A DNA stretch of 64,000 nucleotides from contig NC_042999.1 in assembly GCF_006345805.1 (NCBI RefSeq), positions 80,166,001 to 80,230,000 on the forward strand. The letters are read 5' to 3'. Positions 63,757 through 64,000 of the stretch are shown here, piece by piece. Below the pieces are notes generated by a model. The model saw nothing but the letters and a program-made list of their open reading frames with translations. It did not search any database and had not been told where the DNA came from. The stretch is from Octopus sinensis (lineage: Eukaryota). Position 1 is the first letter of the stretch. Each line of letters starts with the position of its first letter. Made by a program: the position numbers and the translations under genes.

Positions 63757-64000
63757 AGAGTGGCTGTGTGTGGTAAGTAGTTTGCTTACGAACCACATGG
63801 TTCCGGGTCAGTCCCACTGCGTGGCACCTTGGGCAGTGTCTTCTACTATGCCTCGGGCGACCAAAGCCTGTGAGTGGATTTGGTAGACGGAAACTGAAAG
63901 AAGCCGTCGTATATATGTATAATATATGCGTGTGCGTTTGTTTGTGTGTCTGTGTTTGTCCCCCTAGCATTGCTTGACAACCGATGCTGGTGTGTTTATG
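63757..64000 (+). mobile_element. SINE family B cut by window edge
   Basis: gagtggctgtgtgtggtaagtag...cttgacaaccgatgctggtgtgttt. Confidence 0.9.

Noticed and set aside
63795-63910. Apparently novel SINE B variant with several 1-nt deletions
   Set aside because: The deletion-only pattern suggests local long-read consensus error.

Overview
Animal, gene-poor, repeat-saturated 64 kb window. The SINE and LINE repertoire and the microsatellite density point to a cephalopod, probably Octopus (inference). No host protein-coding exon could be supported. Almost all long ORFs in the track are microsatellite read-outs or transposon fragments. Contents: dozens of tRNA-derived SINEs (labelled A, B and the H1/H2 head families), a near-intact 4.75 kb CR1/L2-type LINE, fragments of CR1, Tx1, RTE, R4/Dong and Hero LINEs, a decayed Gypsy pol interrupted by a piggyBac derivative, and mariner, hAT, Mutator and Helitron elements. 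There are also several Penelope-like remnants and three hammerhead-ribozyme motifs. Highlights: (1) a 281 bp foldback element whose ~103 bp inverted arms are built from U6 snRNA plus 3' flank and which contains a full U6 copy; (2) a LINE whose reconstructed single ORF fuses a Myb/SANT-like domain and two CCCH fingers to APE and RT; (3) an 846 bp A-B-A-B-A array; (4) SINE head/tail shuffling and SINE-LINE tail sharing. All alignments were made by eye, and boundaries of decayed repeats are approximate.
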